Below, piece after piece: positions 1-8,037 of a DNA stretch of 41,630 nucleotides (position 1 is the first letter of the stretch; each line of letters begins with the position of its first letter). This DNA comes from a virus: the IMG/VR virus record IMGVR_UViG_3300015265_000006, positions 1-41,630 of that record; one strand, 5' to 3'. The notes beneath the pieces were generated by a model. That model made no database searches. It saw only the letters and a program-made list of their open reading frames with translations, and had not been told where the DNA came from. The translations under genes and the position numbers were made by a program.

Positions 1-123
1 CGCCACTACACCTTCCAAGAACTGCTCAACCGCATCGACCTCGAATACTGGCGCGTCGTTGAGCATGACGAGATGAACTACACCTTCATCCCAATCAAGT
101 ATTGGGGAGGCAACCCATGAAAC
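1..123. repeat. Terminal direct repeat identical to 41508..41630 (circular contig overlap)
   Basis: cgccactacaccttccaagaactgctc...ggaggcaacccatgaaac is present at both window ends; the ORF starting at 41490 continues through the junction. Confidence 0.95.
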
Positions 124-233
124 AACTCTTCTGGATTCTCGCCGCAGGCCTCTGCGTCCTGATGCTTCAGTACGGACTGTTCAAGGAGAACGGCGAGCCT
201 CGCGGTCTTCCTGTTGTGGCGGTGGTGAAATGA
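117..233 (+). CDS. Small hydrophobic peptide (38 aa), MKQLFWILAAGLCVLMLQYGLFKENGEPRGLPVVAVVK
   Basis: ATGA overlap with the upstream ORF and ATGA overlap with the next; one probable TM segment. Confidence 0.55.
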   Translation: MKQLFWILAAGLCVLMLQYGLFKENGEPRGLPVVAVVK

Positions 234-421
234 GAAAGACCAAAGAAATGATGGATGCCACGCACAAGCGGCATGAAAAAACGCAGATTGACCCCGTCGA
301 GCTTGGTGAGACAGATGCAGAGGCTCATGAAAATGTCGTCTGTGCTCGCTGCAAAGGCGACGGGCTTATATGGCATCGCATGAACTCAGTGTTCATCGAT
401 TGTCCGGACTGCTGCCCATGA
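230..421 (+). CDS. Small zinc-ribbon-like protein (CARC...CPDC)
   Basis: 63 aa ORF with two CxxC pairs, in a tight operon. Confidence 0.65.
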   Translation: MRKTKEMMDATHKRHEKTQIDPVELGETDAEAHENVVCARCKGDGLIWHRMNSVFIDCPDCCP

Positions 422-534
422 CCAACCAACAACGCGCCCGCCGCCTACTCCTCTGGCGCGGATCGTTCCCTGTACTCGCCATCTTCACCATCTGGATGCT
501 GGCCAGCGCCTACGTCGGTCAGCTCACTCAATAA
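418..534 (+). CDS. Small membrane peptide (38 aa)
   Basis: MTNQQRARRLLLWRGSFPVLAIFTIWMLASAYVGQLTQ; ATGA overlap with the upstream ORF. Confidence 0.55.
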   Translation: MTNQQRARRLLLWRGSFPVLAIFTIWMLASAYVGQLTQ

Positions 535-543
535 GGAAGTCCC

Positions 544-1053
544 ATGCCACTCGATCCTCGGGCGAACGCCCCCGAGCGCATTGCTGCGCCAGCACCGCTG
601 CCACACGTCAGCCGCCGCGCACTCAAACGCGTGAAGAACCCAATCCCCGCGCCGACCTCTTGCCGCTACTGCGGCGATGACGTCCACCTGGTTTGCAACT
701 GTGAGATCTACAACGGCAGAACCTACGGCGACTGGCCGTATGCATATTTATGCCAAGGCTGTCGGGCTTATGTTGGTCTTCACCCGCAAACAGACATCCC
801 GCTCGGAACGCTGGCTGACGATAAGCTGCGCGCAACTAGAAATCGCAGCAAGAAAGCATTTCACGATTTCATGGAAAAGGCAGCGATGAGCAGGACAGCG
901 GCCTATCAATGGCTGGCCAAGCAGATGGGAATCGACGTCGGCGTTTGCCACTTCGGATGGTTTGACCACGAAGAGTGCGTATCCGCAGAGCGAATCGTCC
1001 AGAACGCCAGACCAAACACCGCAATGGCCCAAGCATTCGTAAAAGCCCAATAA
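544..1053 (+). CDS. DUF3268-like zinc-finger phage protein
   Basis: CRYCG...EIYNGRTYGDWPYAYLCQGCRAYVGLHPQTDIPLGTLAD pattern. Confidence 0.8.
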   Translation: MPLDPRANAPERIAAPAPLPHVSRRALKRVKNPIPAPTSCRYCGDDVHLVCNCEIYNGRTYGDWPYAYLCQGCRAYVGLHPQTDIPLGTLADDKLRATRNRSKKAFHDFMEKAAMSRTAAYQWLAKQMGIDVGVCHFGWFDHEECVSAERIVQNARPNTAMAQAFVKAQ

Positions 1054-1093
1054 CCCGAACTCACACGCCGCCTGCATGGCGGGGAGAACCGTC

Positions 1094-1840
1094 ATGTCTG
1101 CACAAAATCAAGGCGTTGTACCGCTGAAACCAAAAAACCTCTCAGCTCGCATGGCTGAGCGCTTCGGCGTTGACCCTGGCGAGATGCTGGCGACCCTCAA
1201 GGCCACAGCATTCAAAGGCAATGTGACCGATGCGCAGATGCAGGCGCTGATGATCGTAGCCGACCAGTACTGCCTGAATCCTTGGACGAAAGAGATCTAC
1301 GCCTTCCCGGACAAGGGCGGCATCGTCCCTGTCGTCGGCGTTGACGGATGGGCGCGGATCATCAACGAGAACCCGGCATTCGATGGCATGGAGTTCTCGA
1401 TGGACAAGGACGGCACCGAGTGCACCTGCAAGATCTACCGGAAGGACCGCGGCCACGCCATCAGCGCGACTGAGTACATGGCCGAATGCAAGCGAGGTAC
1501 GCAGCCGTGGCAGTCCCATCCGCGCCGCATGCTGCGCCACAAGGCAATGATCCAGTGCGCGCGACTGGCATTTGGGTTTGCCGGCATCTACGACCAAGAC
1601 GAGGCCGAGCGGATCGTCACCAGCGACGCTCCTGCGCCTTCTGCTGACGCTGGCCCAGCAATCGAAACCATCCGTAACGCTCAGTCGATGGAAGAGCTGC
1701 AAGCAGCATTCACGGCGGCGTGGAAGGATCTTCCAACCGAGCGCGCCGCACTCACCAAAGCAAAGGACGACCGCAAGAAGGAATTGTCCGAGCCGGTCGA
1801 CGCCCAGTTTGAGGAGGTGCCAGATGCAACAGGGGAGTGA
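1094..1840 (+). CDS. bet: Bet/RecT-type single-strand annealing recombinase
   Basis: MSAQNQG...ADQYCLNPWTKEIYAFPDKGGIVPVVGVDGWARIINE...WQSHPRRMLRHKAMIQCARLAFGFAGIYDQDEAERI; GGGGAG RBS upstream of ATG 1094. Confidence 0.9.
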   Translation: MSAQNQGVVPLKPKNLSARMAERFGVDPGEMLATLKATAFKGNVTDAQMQALMIVADQYCLNPWTKEIYAFPDKGGIVPVVGVDGWARIINENPAFDGMEFSMDKDGTECTCKIYRKDRGHAISATEYMAECKRGTQPWQSHPRRMLRHKAMIQCARLAFGFAGIYDQDEAERIVTSDAPAPSADAGPAIETIRNAQSMEELQAAFTAAWKDLPTERAALTKAKDDRKKELSEPVDAQFEEVPDATGE

Positions 1841-2453
1841 AGAGTGGATTCGCGCGCGCTTGGGGAAAGTAACAGCCAGCAAGGTCAAGGACGTGATGAC
1901 CAAGGGGCGCGGCAAGGAGCCATCTGCAACCCGGCGCAACTACATGATGGATCTGCTTTGTGAGCGCCTGACTGGCAACCAGAGCGGCCCCGACCTGTCG
2001 CGCAATATTGCGGTTCAGCGCGGCACCGAACTGGAGCCAGTGGCGCGCTCGGCCTACGAGATCGACAAGGGGCTGATGATTCAGGAAGTCGGCCTGATCG
2101 ACCACCCTGTTATCGCCGGGTTCGCAGCTTCCCCAGATGGGGTTGTAGGCACTGGCGGCCTGATCGAGATTAAATGCCCACTTACCGCAACCCACGTCGC
2201 AGTGATTCAGGCCGGGAAGCACGACAGCCAATATGAGTGGCAGATGCTCGCCCAGATGGCCTGTACCGGGCGTGCATGGGTCGATTTCGTCAGCTTCGAC
2301 GACCGCATGCCAGAAGAACTGCAGTACGCCTGCTTCCGGTTCGAGCGCGACGACAAGCGCATCGCCGAGATGGAAGCTGAGATCAAAGCCTTTCTGGAAG
2401 AACTGGCGGAACTGGAACAGGAAATGCGGGGCCGAATGAGAGGTGCAGCATGA
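1824..2453 (+). CDS. YqaJ-type phage recombinase/exonuclease
   Basis: QGSEEWIRARLGKVTASKVKDVM...RGTELEPVARSAYE...ASPDGVVGTGGLIEIKCP; GAGGAGG RBS; overlaps the end of bet. Confidence 0.9.
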   Translation: MQQGSEEWIRARLGKVTASKVKDVMTKGRGKEPSATRRNYMMDLLCERLTGNQSGPDLSRNIAVQRGTELEPVARSAYEIDKGLMIQEVGLIDHPVIAGFAASPDGVVGTGGLIEIKCPLTATHVAVIQAGKHDSQYEWQMLAQMACTGRAWVDFVSFDDRMPEELQYACFRFERDDKRIAEMEAEIKAFLEELAELEQEMRGRMRGAA

Positions 2454-3094
2454 ACGCCTACATCAGCAGCGACATCAACATGGTCAAGGAGCTAGACCCG
2501 AAACGTCATGAGCTGGCCCTGCTGCAAGCGGACTGGCTTGAAAAAGGAGGGACTATTGAGGTGCTGGCCGGCCCGAGTTTCAAGCCGGCGCCGGTTCGAT
2601 ATGAGCCGCCGCCTACCAAGAAGGTGGTTAGGCAAGAAAAGATAGCGGCTACAGACACGCCATACATGGACAAGATCACCCGGCGCGACATGGAACGCGA
2701 GGAGCGAATCGCGCAACGGACCAAGGAAAAGGTCGACCATCTTGAGCGGATCCGAAAACTGTCCGAGACGATGACCTATGCGCAGGCCATTGAACAGACC
2801 GGGCTGACCAAGCGGCAACTTCAGCGTCTAGCAGTAGAAGGCGGATTCTACTTCCAGGCCGCCGAACATGGCAGCAACCCTCGCAAGGCGCGCCTGACCG
2901 AGGCGCAATGCGCAGCATATGCTGAAAGGCTCAAGTCGTTCAAAGAAATCGGCCTTACCCGCAACCAAGCAATGGGCAAGCTCGGCGTAACTTTCAAAAC
3001 CTTCAACAGGCTGCTTGAGCGATTCGCCATCGACTATCCGAAGTCTACAAGAGGGCCTCAACCGGCCTTCTTGCCGAAAACGCCGAAGCAGTAA
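2450..3094 (+). CDS. Hypothetical protein with HTH-like segments
   Basis: 214 aa; TYAQAIEQTGLTKRQLQRLAV and TRNQAMGKLGVTFKTFNRLLE helices; ATGA overlap with the YqaJ gene. Confidence 0.7.
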   Translation: MNAYISSDINMVKELDPKRHELALLQADWLEKGGTIEVLAGPSFKPAPVRYEPPPTKKVVRQEKIAATDTPYMDKITRRDMEREERIAQRTKEKVDHLERIRKLSETMTYAQAIEQTGLTKRQLQRLAVEGGFYFQAAEHGSNPRKARLTEAQCAAYAERLKSFKEIGLTRNQAMGKLGVTFKTFNRLLERFAIDYPKSTRGPQPAFLPKTPKQ

Positions 3095-3111
3095 ATCAAA
3101 CTGGAGTAAAC

Positions 3112-3936
3112 ATGAATGAGTTGGCTCTTTTCGCTGGCGTTGGTGGAGGAATACTCGGCGGCCACCTCTTGGGATGGCGCACCATCTGCGCCGTTGAGCG
3201 TGATGCCTACGCAGCACAAGTTCTGGCGCAACGACAAAACGATGGACTCCTCGAAACTTTCCCAATTTGGTCTGATGTGTGCAGTTTTGACGGAAGACCA
3301 TGGCGAGGCCTTGTTGACGTGGTTTCGGGCGGATTCCCGTGTCAGGACATATCGGCTGCCGGGAATGGTGCCGGCATTGATGGCGCCAGATCAGGGTTGT
3401 GGCGAGAAATGGGCAGAATCATCGGCGAGGTACTGCCTGAGCTCGTCTACTTGGAAAACTCACCAATGCTTGTGGGAAGAGGACTTGCCCTGGTCCTCGG
3501 TGATCTTGCCGAAATGGGGTATGACGCGCAGTGGTGCATTGTTTCAGCATCCGACGTTGGAGCGCCCCATCAGCGCGACAGGATCTGGCTTGTTGCCACG
3601 CCACTGGCAGGGGACAGCCGGAGGGGGGGATTGCCTCTCGGAGCGGATGCGACGATCGCCAAGCCTAGTGTCGGCACAGAGAAATTGGCCAACACCAGTT
3701 GCAAGCATGGCGAAGGGATCATCGCCAGCAGCGCTGACAAGGAAGTCCGGAGCGGACAGGTCAAACGATCGGCTAGACCATGCGGTGATGGCTTCGGACG
3801 GTGGGCAGCTGAACCCGGAATGGGTCGAGTGGTTAATGGACTTCCCCATCGGGTGGACAGAATTAAAGCCCTTGGCAACGCTCAAGTTCCGCGAGTGGCA
3901 GCAACAGCATTCACCATCCTCTCGATCGACGACTGA
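3112..3936 (+). CDS. dcm: C5-cytosine DNA methyltransferase
   Basis: LFAGVGGGILGG (motif I), GGFPCQDIS (motif IV PC), LENSPML (motif VI, ENS instead of ENV), QRDRIW (motif VIII), HRVDRIKALGNAQVP (motif X). Confidence 0.9.
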   Translation: MNELALFAGVGGGILGGHLLGWRTICAVERDAYAAQVLAQRQNDGLLETFPIWSDVCSFDGRPWRGLVDVVSGGFPCQDISAAGNGAGIDGARSGLWREMGRIIGEVLPELVYLENSPMLVGRGLALVLGDLAEMGYDAQWCIVSASDVGAPHQRDRIWLVATPLAGDSRRGGLPLGADATIAKPSVGTEKLANTSCKHGEGIIASSADKEVRSGQVKRSARPCGDGFGRWAAEPGMGRVVNGLPHRVDRIKALGNAQVPRVAATAFTILSIDD

Positions 3937-3946
3937 CGCCGCATAA
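3116..3946 (+). CDS. Overlapping +2-frame ORF (276 aa) nested on dcm
   Basis: Open over the whole dcm gene; contains SSTWKTHQCLWEEDLPWSSVILPKWGMTRSGALFQHPTLERP and LNPEWVEWLMDFPIGWTELKPLATLKFREWQQQH, which resemble a recurring phage protein pattern. Confidence 0.4.
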   Translation: MSWLFSLALVEEYSAATSWDGAPSAPLSVMPTQHKFWRNDKTMDSSKLSQFGLMCAVLTEDHGEALLTWFRADSRVRTYRLPGMVPALMAPDQGCGEKWAESSARYCLSSSTWKTHQCLWEEDLPWSSVILPKWGMTRSGALFQHPTLERPISATGSGLLPRHWQGTAGGGDCLSERMRRSPSLVSAQRNWPTPVASMAKGSSPAALTRKSGADRSNDRLDHAVMASDGGQLNPEWVEWLMDFPIGWTELKPLATLKFREWQQQHSPSSRSTTDAA

Positions 3947-3988
3947 CAACTCCTTCCCTTTCAAAACCTCACCCATCCGGGAGGCCTT

Positions 3989-4150
3989 ATGTCATCCAAA
4001 GGAAGGCTCAGCGCCGGCTATTTGGAGTTGCACTACGGCTGCGAGATATGCGGCCGCCCGCGCACCAAAGGCAACCACGAACGCTGCTCGAAAGCACGCC
4101 AGCAAGAACACGCTAGGAGGAATAGCCATGACCACGAAACTGTCGCCTGA
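3989..4150 (+). CDS. Small Cys-rich protein (53 aa)
   Basis: MSSKGRLSAGYLELHYGCEICGRPRTKGNHERCSKARQQEHARRNSHDHETVA; GGGAGG RBS. Confidence 0.7.
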   Translation: MSSKGRLSAGYLELHYGCEICGRPRTKGNHERCSKARQQEHARRNSHDHETVA

Positions 4151-4430
4151 CTCGATCGGGCTGATTTTCACGATGCACGCAGCCGGGCACCCTGCAGAAA
4201 ACATCGCTGATGCGGCCGGCTGCGCGTACTCGACGGTTATCCGCTACCTGAATGCGGCTGGGATCAAGTTGGGGAACAAGGGCAAGCCGCGCCAGTGCAC
4301 TGAGCAGTACCTCTCGATGGCGCAGAACATGCGCGCCAATGGCTCGACTTGGTACGAGGTGGAGCGGCACATCGGCTTCCACCGCTCAACGTTCCATGCG
4401 CGGCTCAGGGCCGAGAGGGCTTCGACATGA
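4128..4430 (+). CDS. HTH-containing hypothetical protein
   Basis: GHPAENIADAAGCAYSTVIRYLNAAGIKLGNKG; AGGAGG RBS. Confidence 0.75.
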   Translation: MTTKLSPDSIGLIFTMHAAGHPAENIADAAGCAYSTVIRYLNAAGIKLGNKGKPRQCTEQYLSMAQNMRANGSTWYEVERHIGFHRSTFHARLRAERAST

Positions 4431-4498
4431 TCATCAAGTACGGACTGCTCTGCATCGTCACCTTCTGGCTTCCGCTGGGCTATTGGATCCTGTCATGA
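4427..4498 (+). CDS. Micro-ORF, 23 aa membrane peptide
   Basis: MIIKYGLLCIVTFWLPLGYWILS, ATGA overlaps on both sides. Confidence 0.35.
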   Translation: MIIKYGLLCIVTFWLPLGYWILS

Positions 4499-4725
4499 GC
4501 GGCTGGATTGATTGCTGCGAAAGGATGCCAGAGGTCAATTTGAACGGCCCAAAGTACGCACAGCGCGTTCGGGTGATTGCCGGCAACTCCCGATACGTCG
4601 GCGAACTTGAGTACGGCACCAACGCCTACGCAGGCCGCGCTGACCTCCACTGGCAGCAGTCAAACGGCCGCGAATCTGTCTGGACGCCAACCCACTGGCA
4701 ACCGCTCCCGGAGTGCCCGAGATGA
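4495..4725 (+). CDS. DUF551-like protein
   Basis: SGWIDCCERMPE...VRVIAG...VWTPTHWQPLPECP; ATGA overlaps with both neighbours. Confidence 0.75.
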   Translation: MSGWIDCCERMPEVNLNGPKYAQRVRVIAGNSRYVGELEYGTNAYAGRADLHWQQSNGRESVWTPTHWQPLPECPR

Positions 4726-4817
4726 CCCCTCAAACACTGTGCGCAATCTTCTTAGGTCTGGCCTGCCACGGTCTTCCGCAACTTATTCAATGGGGTATTG
4801 AAAAATGGATGATGTGA
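4722..4817 (+). CDS. Micro-ORF, 31 aa hydrophobic peptide
   Basis: MTPQTLCAIFLGLACHGLPQLIQWGIEKWMM; ATGA overlap with the upstream ORF. Confidence 0.35.
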   Translation: MTPQTLCAIFLGLACHGLPQLIQWGIEKWMM

Positions 4818-5323
4818 AGCGTTACGGGATGAGCGGCTTTGGTGGCGGCATGATTGAAATGGACGATGGGCGGTTTGTTGAATCCGATGACTTCGACGCC
4901 CAACGCCTGCGCGCCGATACGGCTGAGGCTGAGCGGGATAAGTACCGCAAAGTGAACGATTCGCTTATGGCGCGGAATCTCGAATTGCAGGCCGCCGAGC
5001 AGCGCAATGCGGAGCTAACCGCCCTGCTGCGTGAAGGTATCGATGCTGTGGAAAGGCTCAGTACGACGCCTAAAGAATACAACCAAGAGCAATGGGTGGA
5101 TTTGCACGCATGGACTTCCAATGCTGACGCCGCCCTCAACCCCAAACCCGAGGCAGGAAGTCAATCGGACTACCTAGAGTCATGTAAAGCTGCCGAGAGG
5201 GCGTTAAGCCTTGAAAACCAGCGCATCCTTCCGGCGCGATTCAAGTGTTTGGCCTGCGGTGAATACCACGAAGGGTCGGGGAATCTGCCTTGCCCTAAAA
5301 CCATTCCCTACGCAGGTATCTGA
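4805..5323 (+). CDS. Hypothetical protein, coiled-coil plus CxxC
   Basis: 172 aa ORF in operon context. Confidence 0.7.
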   Translation: MDDVKRYGMSGFGGGMIEMDDGRFVESDDFDAQRLRADTAEAERDKYRKVNDSLMARNLELQAAEQRNAELTALLREGIDAVERLSTTPKEYNQEQWVDLHAWTSNADAALNPKPEAGSQSDYLESCKAAERALSLENQRILPARFKCLACGEYHEGSGNLPCPKTIPYAGI

Positions 5324-5325
5324 CC

Positions 5326-5586
5326 ATGACCAATAACCCAACGACCGGCCCAGCTGACGATGAATGCGATCACAGCTACGCCAACAACATCGGCTGTCCA
5401 GAATGCGGTGAGCTGATGCAAAAGTCATGTGCATGCCCTGGCTGCGAAAAGCCGCGTAAAGGCGGATCACTCTTTTGTCCGCCGCACCAGCATTCGGATA
5501 GCCGGTTGCGCTTCATTGCGAAGACGCCAAGCCCGACCAATGTGCAGCTTGCTTACATGATGCAGCGCGATGGAGAACAGCAATGA
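5326..5586 (+). CDS. Hypothetical Cys-rich protein
   Basis: CPECGELMQKSCACPGCEKPRKGGSLFCPPH. Confidence 0.65.
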   Translation: MTNNPTTGPADDECDHSYANNIGCPECGELMQKSCACPGCEKPRKGGSLFCPPHQHSDSRLRFIAKTPSPTNVQLAYMMQRDGEQQ

Positions 5587-6326
5587 CCAATAACCCAACG
5601 ATTGACGGCGTGTCGCTGGAGTTGCTTGCAAACTTCATCGAATACAGCGCGCCTATCAGCAGCACAGACCAGCAGTGGCACAGGGACAAACAGGCATTGC
5701 GCGCCCTGCTGGATGCCCCTGTCGTCGAGCGCCGGCCAGTGGACGACCCGCTGAGTCAAGGTTTTTACACCACACAGTCCGGTGGCGGTCATTACTCGAT
5801 CAACATCGGGTTCCGCACTTTGGCTGAAATGCAGGCCGCCGATAAGCAACTGCTCGACGTATTGCGTGATCGCTCCGAAGTCGCCGCCCTGCAATCCACC
5901 ATCGCCCAGCTACAGGCGCGCATCGCTGAGCTGAAGGGTGGGCAGGGTGAGCCGGTGGCGTATGCTGACCCGATAGCATTTGAAAACTTCAAGAATCACG
6001 CGCACAAGGGCGGTCACTGGGATCATGAGTGGATGTGGGCTAAACCTGATTCAAGAATGGTGCCGCTGTTCACCGCCCCGCCAGCGCCGGTCGCGGTAGT
6101 TCTTCCTCCGTTTGCCGAAAAGGTCATCAGCAAGTTGCGCCGATGCGAAGAGTGCTTCAGTGACTTTGAATCCTGCGGCGTAGACATCGGCCGGCATTGG
6201 CTGGACTTGCTGACGCAGCTCGGCCTGCTCAATCGAGTGCAGCGCAGCCCTGCAATGTGGGGAATCACTCAACAGGGCGAAGACTGCCTCGACGCCACCG
6301 CTGCGCCGAATGAGGTGCGGAAATGA
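5583..6326 (+). CDS. Hypothetical protein
   Basis: 247 aa ORF; ATGA overlap with the upstream ORF. Confidence 0.65.
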   Translation: MTNNPTIDGVSLELLANFIEYSAPISSTDQQWHRDKQALRALLDAPVVERRPVDDPLSQGFYTTQSGGGHYSINIGFRTLAEMQAADKQLLDVLRDRSEVAALQSTIAQLQARIAELKGGQGEPVAYADPIAFENFKNHAHKGGHWDHEWMWAKPDSRMVPLFTAPPAPVAVVLPPFAEKVISKLRRCEECFSDFESCGVDIGRHWLDLLTQLGLLNRVQRSPAMWGITQQGEDCLDATAAPNEVRK

Positions 6327-6371
6327 TCGCCCTCACCTGGTTCTACTTCGTCTACGTCCGCTGAGGCTCCG

Positions 6372-6533
6372 ATGAATTATCAGCCCAAGGGCGGCATGTG
6401 CGCGGCATGTGTTCATGCTCACCGCAACTGCAGCAAACTACCCTTCAGCACCATGCCGCCGCTATCCCGCGACGAACAGACCGTCATCGTTCGCTGCACT
6501 GACTTTCAGCGCCGCGCACAGCCTCAGTTGTAA
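6372..6533 (+). CDS. Small hypothetical protein (53 aa)
   Basis: MNYQPKGGMCAACVHAHRNCSKLPFSTMPPLSRDEQTVIVRCTDFQRRAQPQL. Confidence 0.6.
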   Translation: MNYQPKGGMCAACVHAHRNCSKLPFSTMPPLSRDEQTVIVRCTDFQRRAQPQL

Positions 6534-6879
6534 ACCCCTAGTTGACTACTTACTGCTTGCGATTTGTCGCGAGCGAGGAATCCCCGTGTCTGACTTACAA
6601 GTTATGGCGGCCGAGGCTGCACTAAAAAAGATGGTGGACAGCTCGCATTTCAGCATCTGCACGCTCGACAAAATCATCGAAATGATGGGTGTGAAGCCAG
6701 ACAGAGAGGCGTACAGAATCCTGAGCACCTTGCATTGCGTCGACTACAACCAAATGCGGCCAGAGCTTCTGCAAGCGCTGCCCGACCTGATCGCCACGGT
6801 ACTGCGCTCACCTTCGCTTGAGGCTAGCCGCATCAATATCGTGTCGGACGGTAAAGCCCTGCGAATCATCAAACACTAA
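6409..6879 (+). CDS. Hypothetical protein; true start uncertain, probably near 6541
   Basis: The C-terminal ~110 aa (VDYLLLAICRERGIPVSDLQVMAAEAALKKM...MMGVKPDREAYRILSTLHCVDYNQM) looks protein-like; the N-terminal part overlaps 6372..6533. Confidence 0.55.
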   Translation: MFMLTATAANYPSAPCRRYPATNRPSSFAALTFSAAHSLSCKPLVDYLLLAICRERGIPVSDLQVMAAEAALKKMVDSSHFSICTLDKIIEMMGVKPDREAYRILSTLHCVDYNQMRPELLQALPDLIATVLRSPSLEASRINIVSDGKALRIIKH

Positions 6880-6921
6880 CCGCCCCCCCTGCTTGCCGCC
6901 CCGCGCGGCCGGAGCATCGCC

Positions 6922-7128
6922 ATGTCTCATATCGAAGAAAGAGAGGGCCGCCTATATGCGGTAGCAATGCTTGCATCTGCCGTTCACCTGCCGCGCTGCA
7001 TGTTTGATGAGCGCGGCCCAGTTGAAACGATGGCCTGCAATCTAGAACTCGCTGCTCAGGTAAGGCCGGCTGACTACGCCAAGGGGATCAATCAGGTATT
7101 GGAGGTAGTGCGCCATGGCAGCATATGA
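6922..7128 (+). CDS. Hypothetical protein
   Basis: 68 aa, tight operon. Confidence 0.55.
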   Translation: MSHIEEREGRLYAVAMLASAVHLPRCMFDERGPVETMACNLELAAQVRPADYAKGINQVLEVVRHGSI

Positions 7129-7327
7129 CATTCACGCACAGAACGCCGATGGTAGCCCGGGCAAGCTGCTCGACGTCATCGACCGCGTACCAGAACACCG
7201 CAAGGCCGGCCAGTTCGTCGAGTTCGACGGCGAGATGCACAAGGTCATGACGGGGATTCGCAATTTCATCATCGTCACCCAAGAGCGCTGGGCGCGGGTG
7301 GCGGCTGCTAGCTGGAGTAAATCATGA
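7115..7327 (+). CDS. Hypothetical protein
   Basis: 70 aa, overlaps upstream and downstream ORFs. Confidence 0.55.
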   Translation: MAAYDIHAQNADGSPGKLLDVIDRVPEHRKAGQFVEFDGEMHKVMTGIRNFIIVTQERWARVAAASWSKS

Positions 7328-7587
7328 GCGACAAGATGCGGGAAGAGTTTGAGGCGTTTGCTTGTGCGCGGACTGGTGGGACTGCAGAGGAGATTGCTGC
7401 TGAGCGCCGAGAGGATTCTTACCAGGATGGCGACCTGGCTACAGGATGGTTTGTATGGAAAGCCTCCCGCGAATCGCTGGTGATACCTTCAAACTTTTGC
7501 GTCTACAAGTTTGAAGGCTGCCAATACTACGACGCCGATTCAGTTGATGAAGCCCTTGAAGATCTGGGCCTGAAGGTGAAGTCATGA
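7324..7587 (+). CDS. Hypothetical protein
   Basis: 87 aa, REEFEAFA...YQDGDLATGWFVWKASRES pattern; ATGA coupling. Confidence 0.65.
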   Translation: MSDKMREEFEAFACARTGGTAEEIAAERREDSYQDGDLATGWFVWKASRESLVIPSNFCVYKFEGCQYYDADSVDEALEDLGLKVKS

Positions 7588-8036
7588 GCGACTTGATTTG
7601 CAGGAAAACGATGCGCCGCTGCGATACCTCGGGGATGTGTTCGCCATACGGCGGCTGCCAAGCACCGCAGAGTGACCAAGACCGCAAGATCATCGCCCTA
7701 GAAGCAACAGTCGCCCAGCAGGCCAAGATGATCGAGCACCTGCGCGGCGGCCCTACTCCGCTCTACACCGCCGTAGACATGGCCAATGCGGCGCGGGACG
7801 GGTTCAGGGATGGGGCGGCGAGTTACAAAGCCGAGAACGAGGCGCTGCGCTCGAAACTTGCCACCGTGCACTTCGTCTGCGATCAACTGCCGGGCCCGGA
7901 TGGCTGCCGATTCATCGAGCTGGAGAACCCGCAGGGCGAAAGTCTCGGCGATGAATCTGGTAAGTGGGAGATTCGCCAGGATGGTCTGGCTCAGCTGGTA
8001 GTGACGATCGGCGGCGCCATGAGCAAGGAGGGTTGA
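7584..8036 (+). CDS. Hypothetical coiled-coil protein
   Basis: 150 aa, ATGA coupling. Confidence 0.6.
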   Translation: MSDLICRKTMRRCDTSGMCSPYGGCQAPQSDQDRKIIALEATVAQQAKMIEHLRGGPTPLYTAVDMANAARDGFRDGAASYKAENEALRSKLATVHFVCDQLPGPDGCRFIELENPQGESLGDESGKWEIRQDGLAQLVVTIGGAMSKEG

Positions 8037-8037
8037 G

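Noticed and set aside
1142-1939. 265 aa - strand ORF
   Set aside because: Antisense to bet; no motifs and no leftward operon context.
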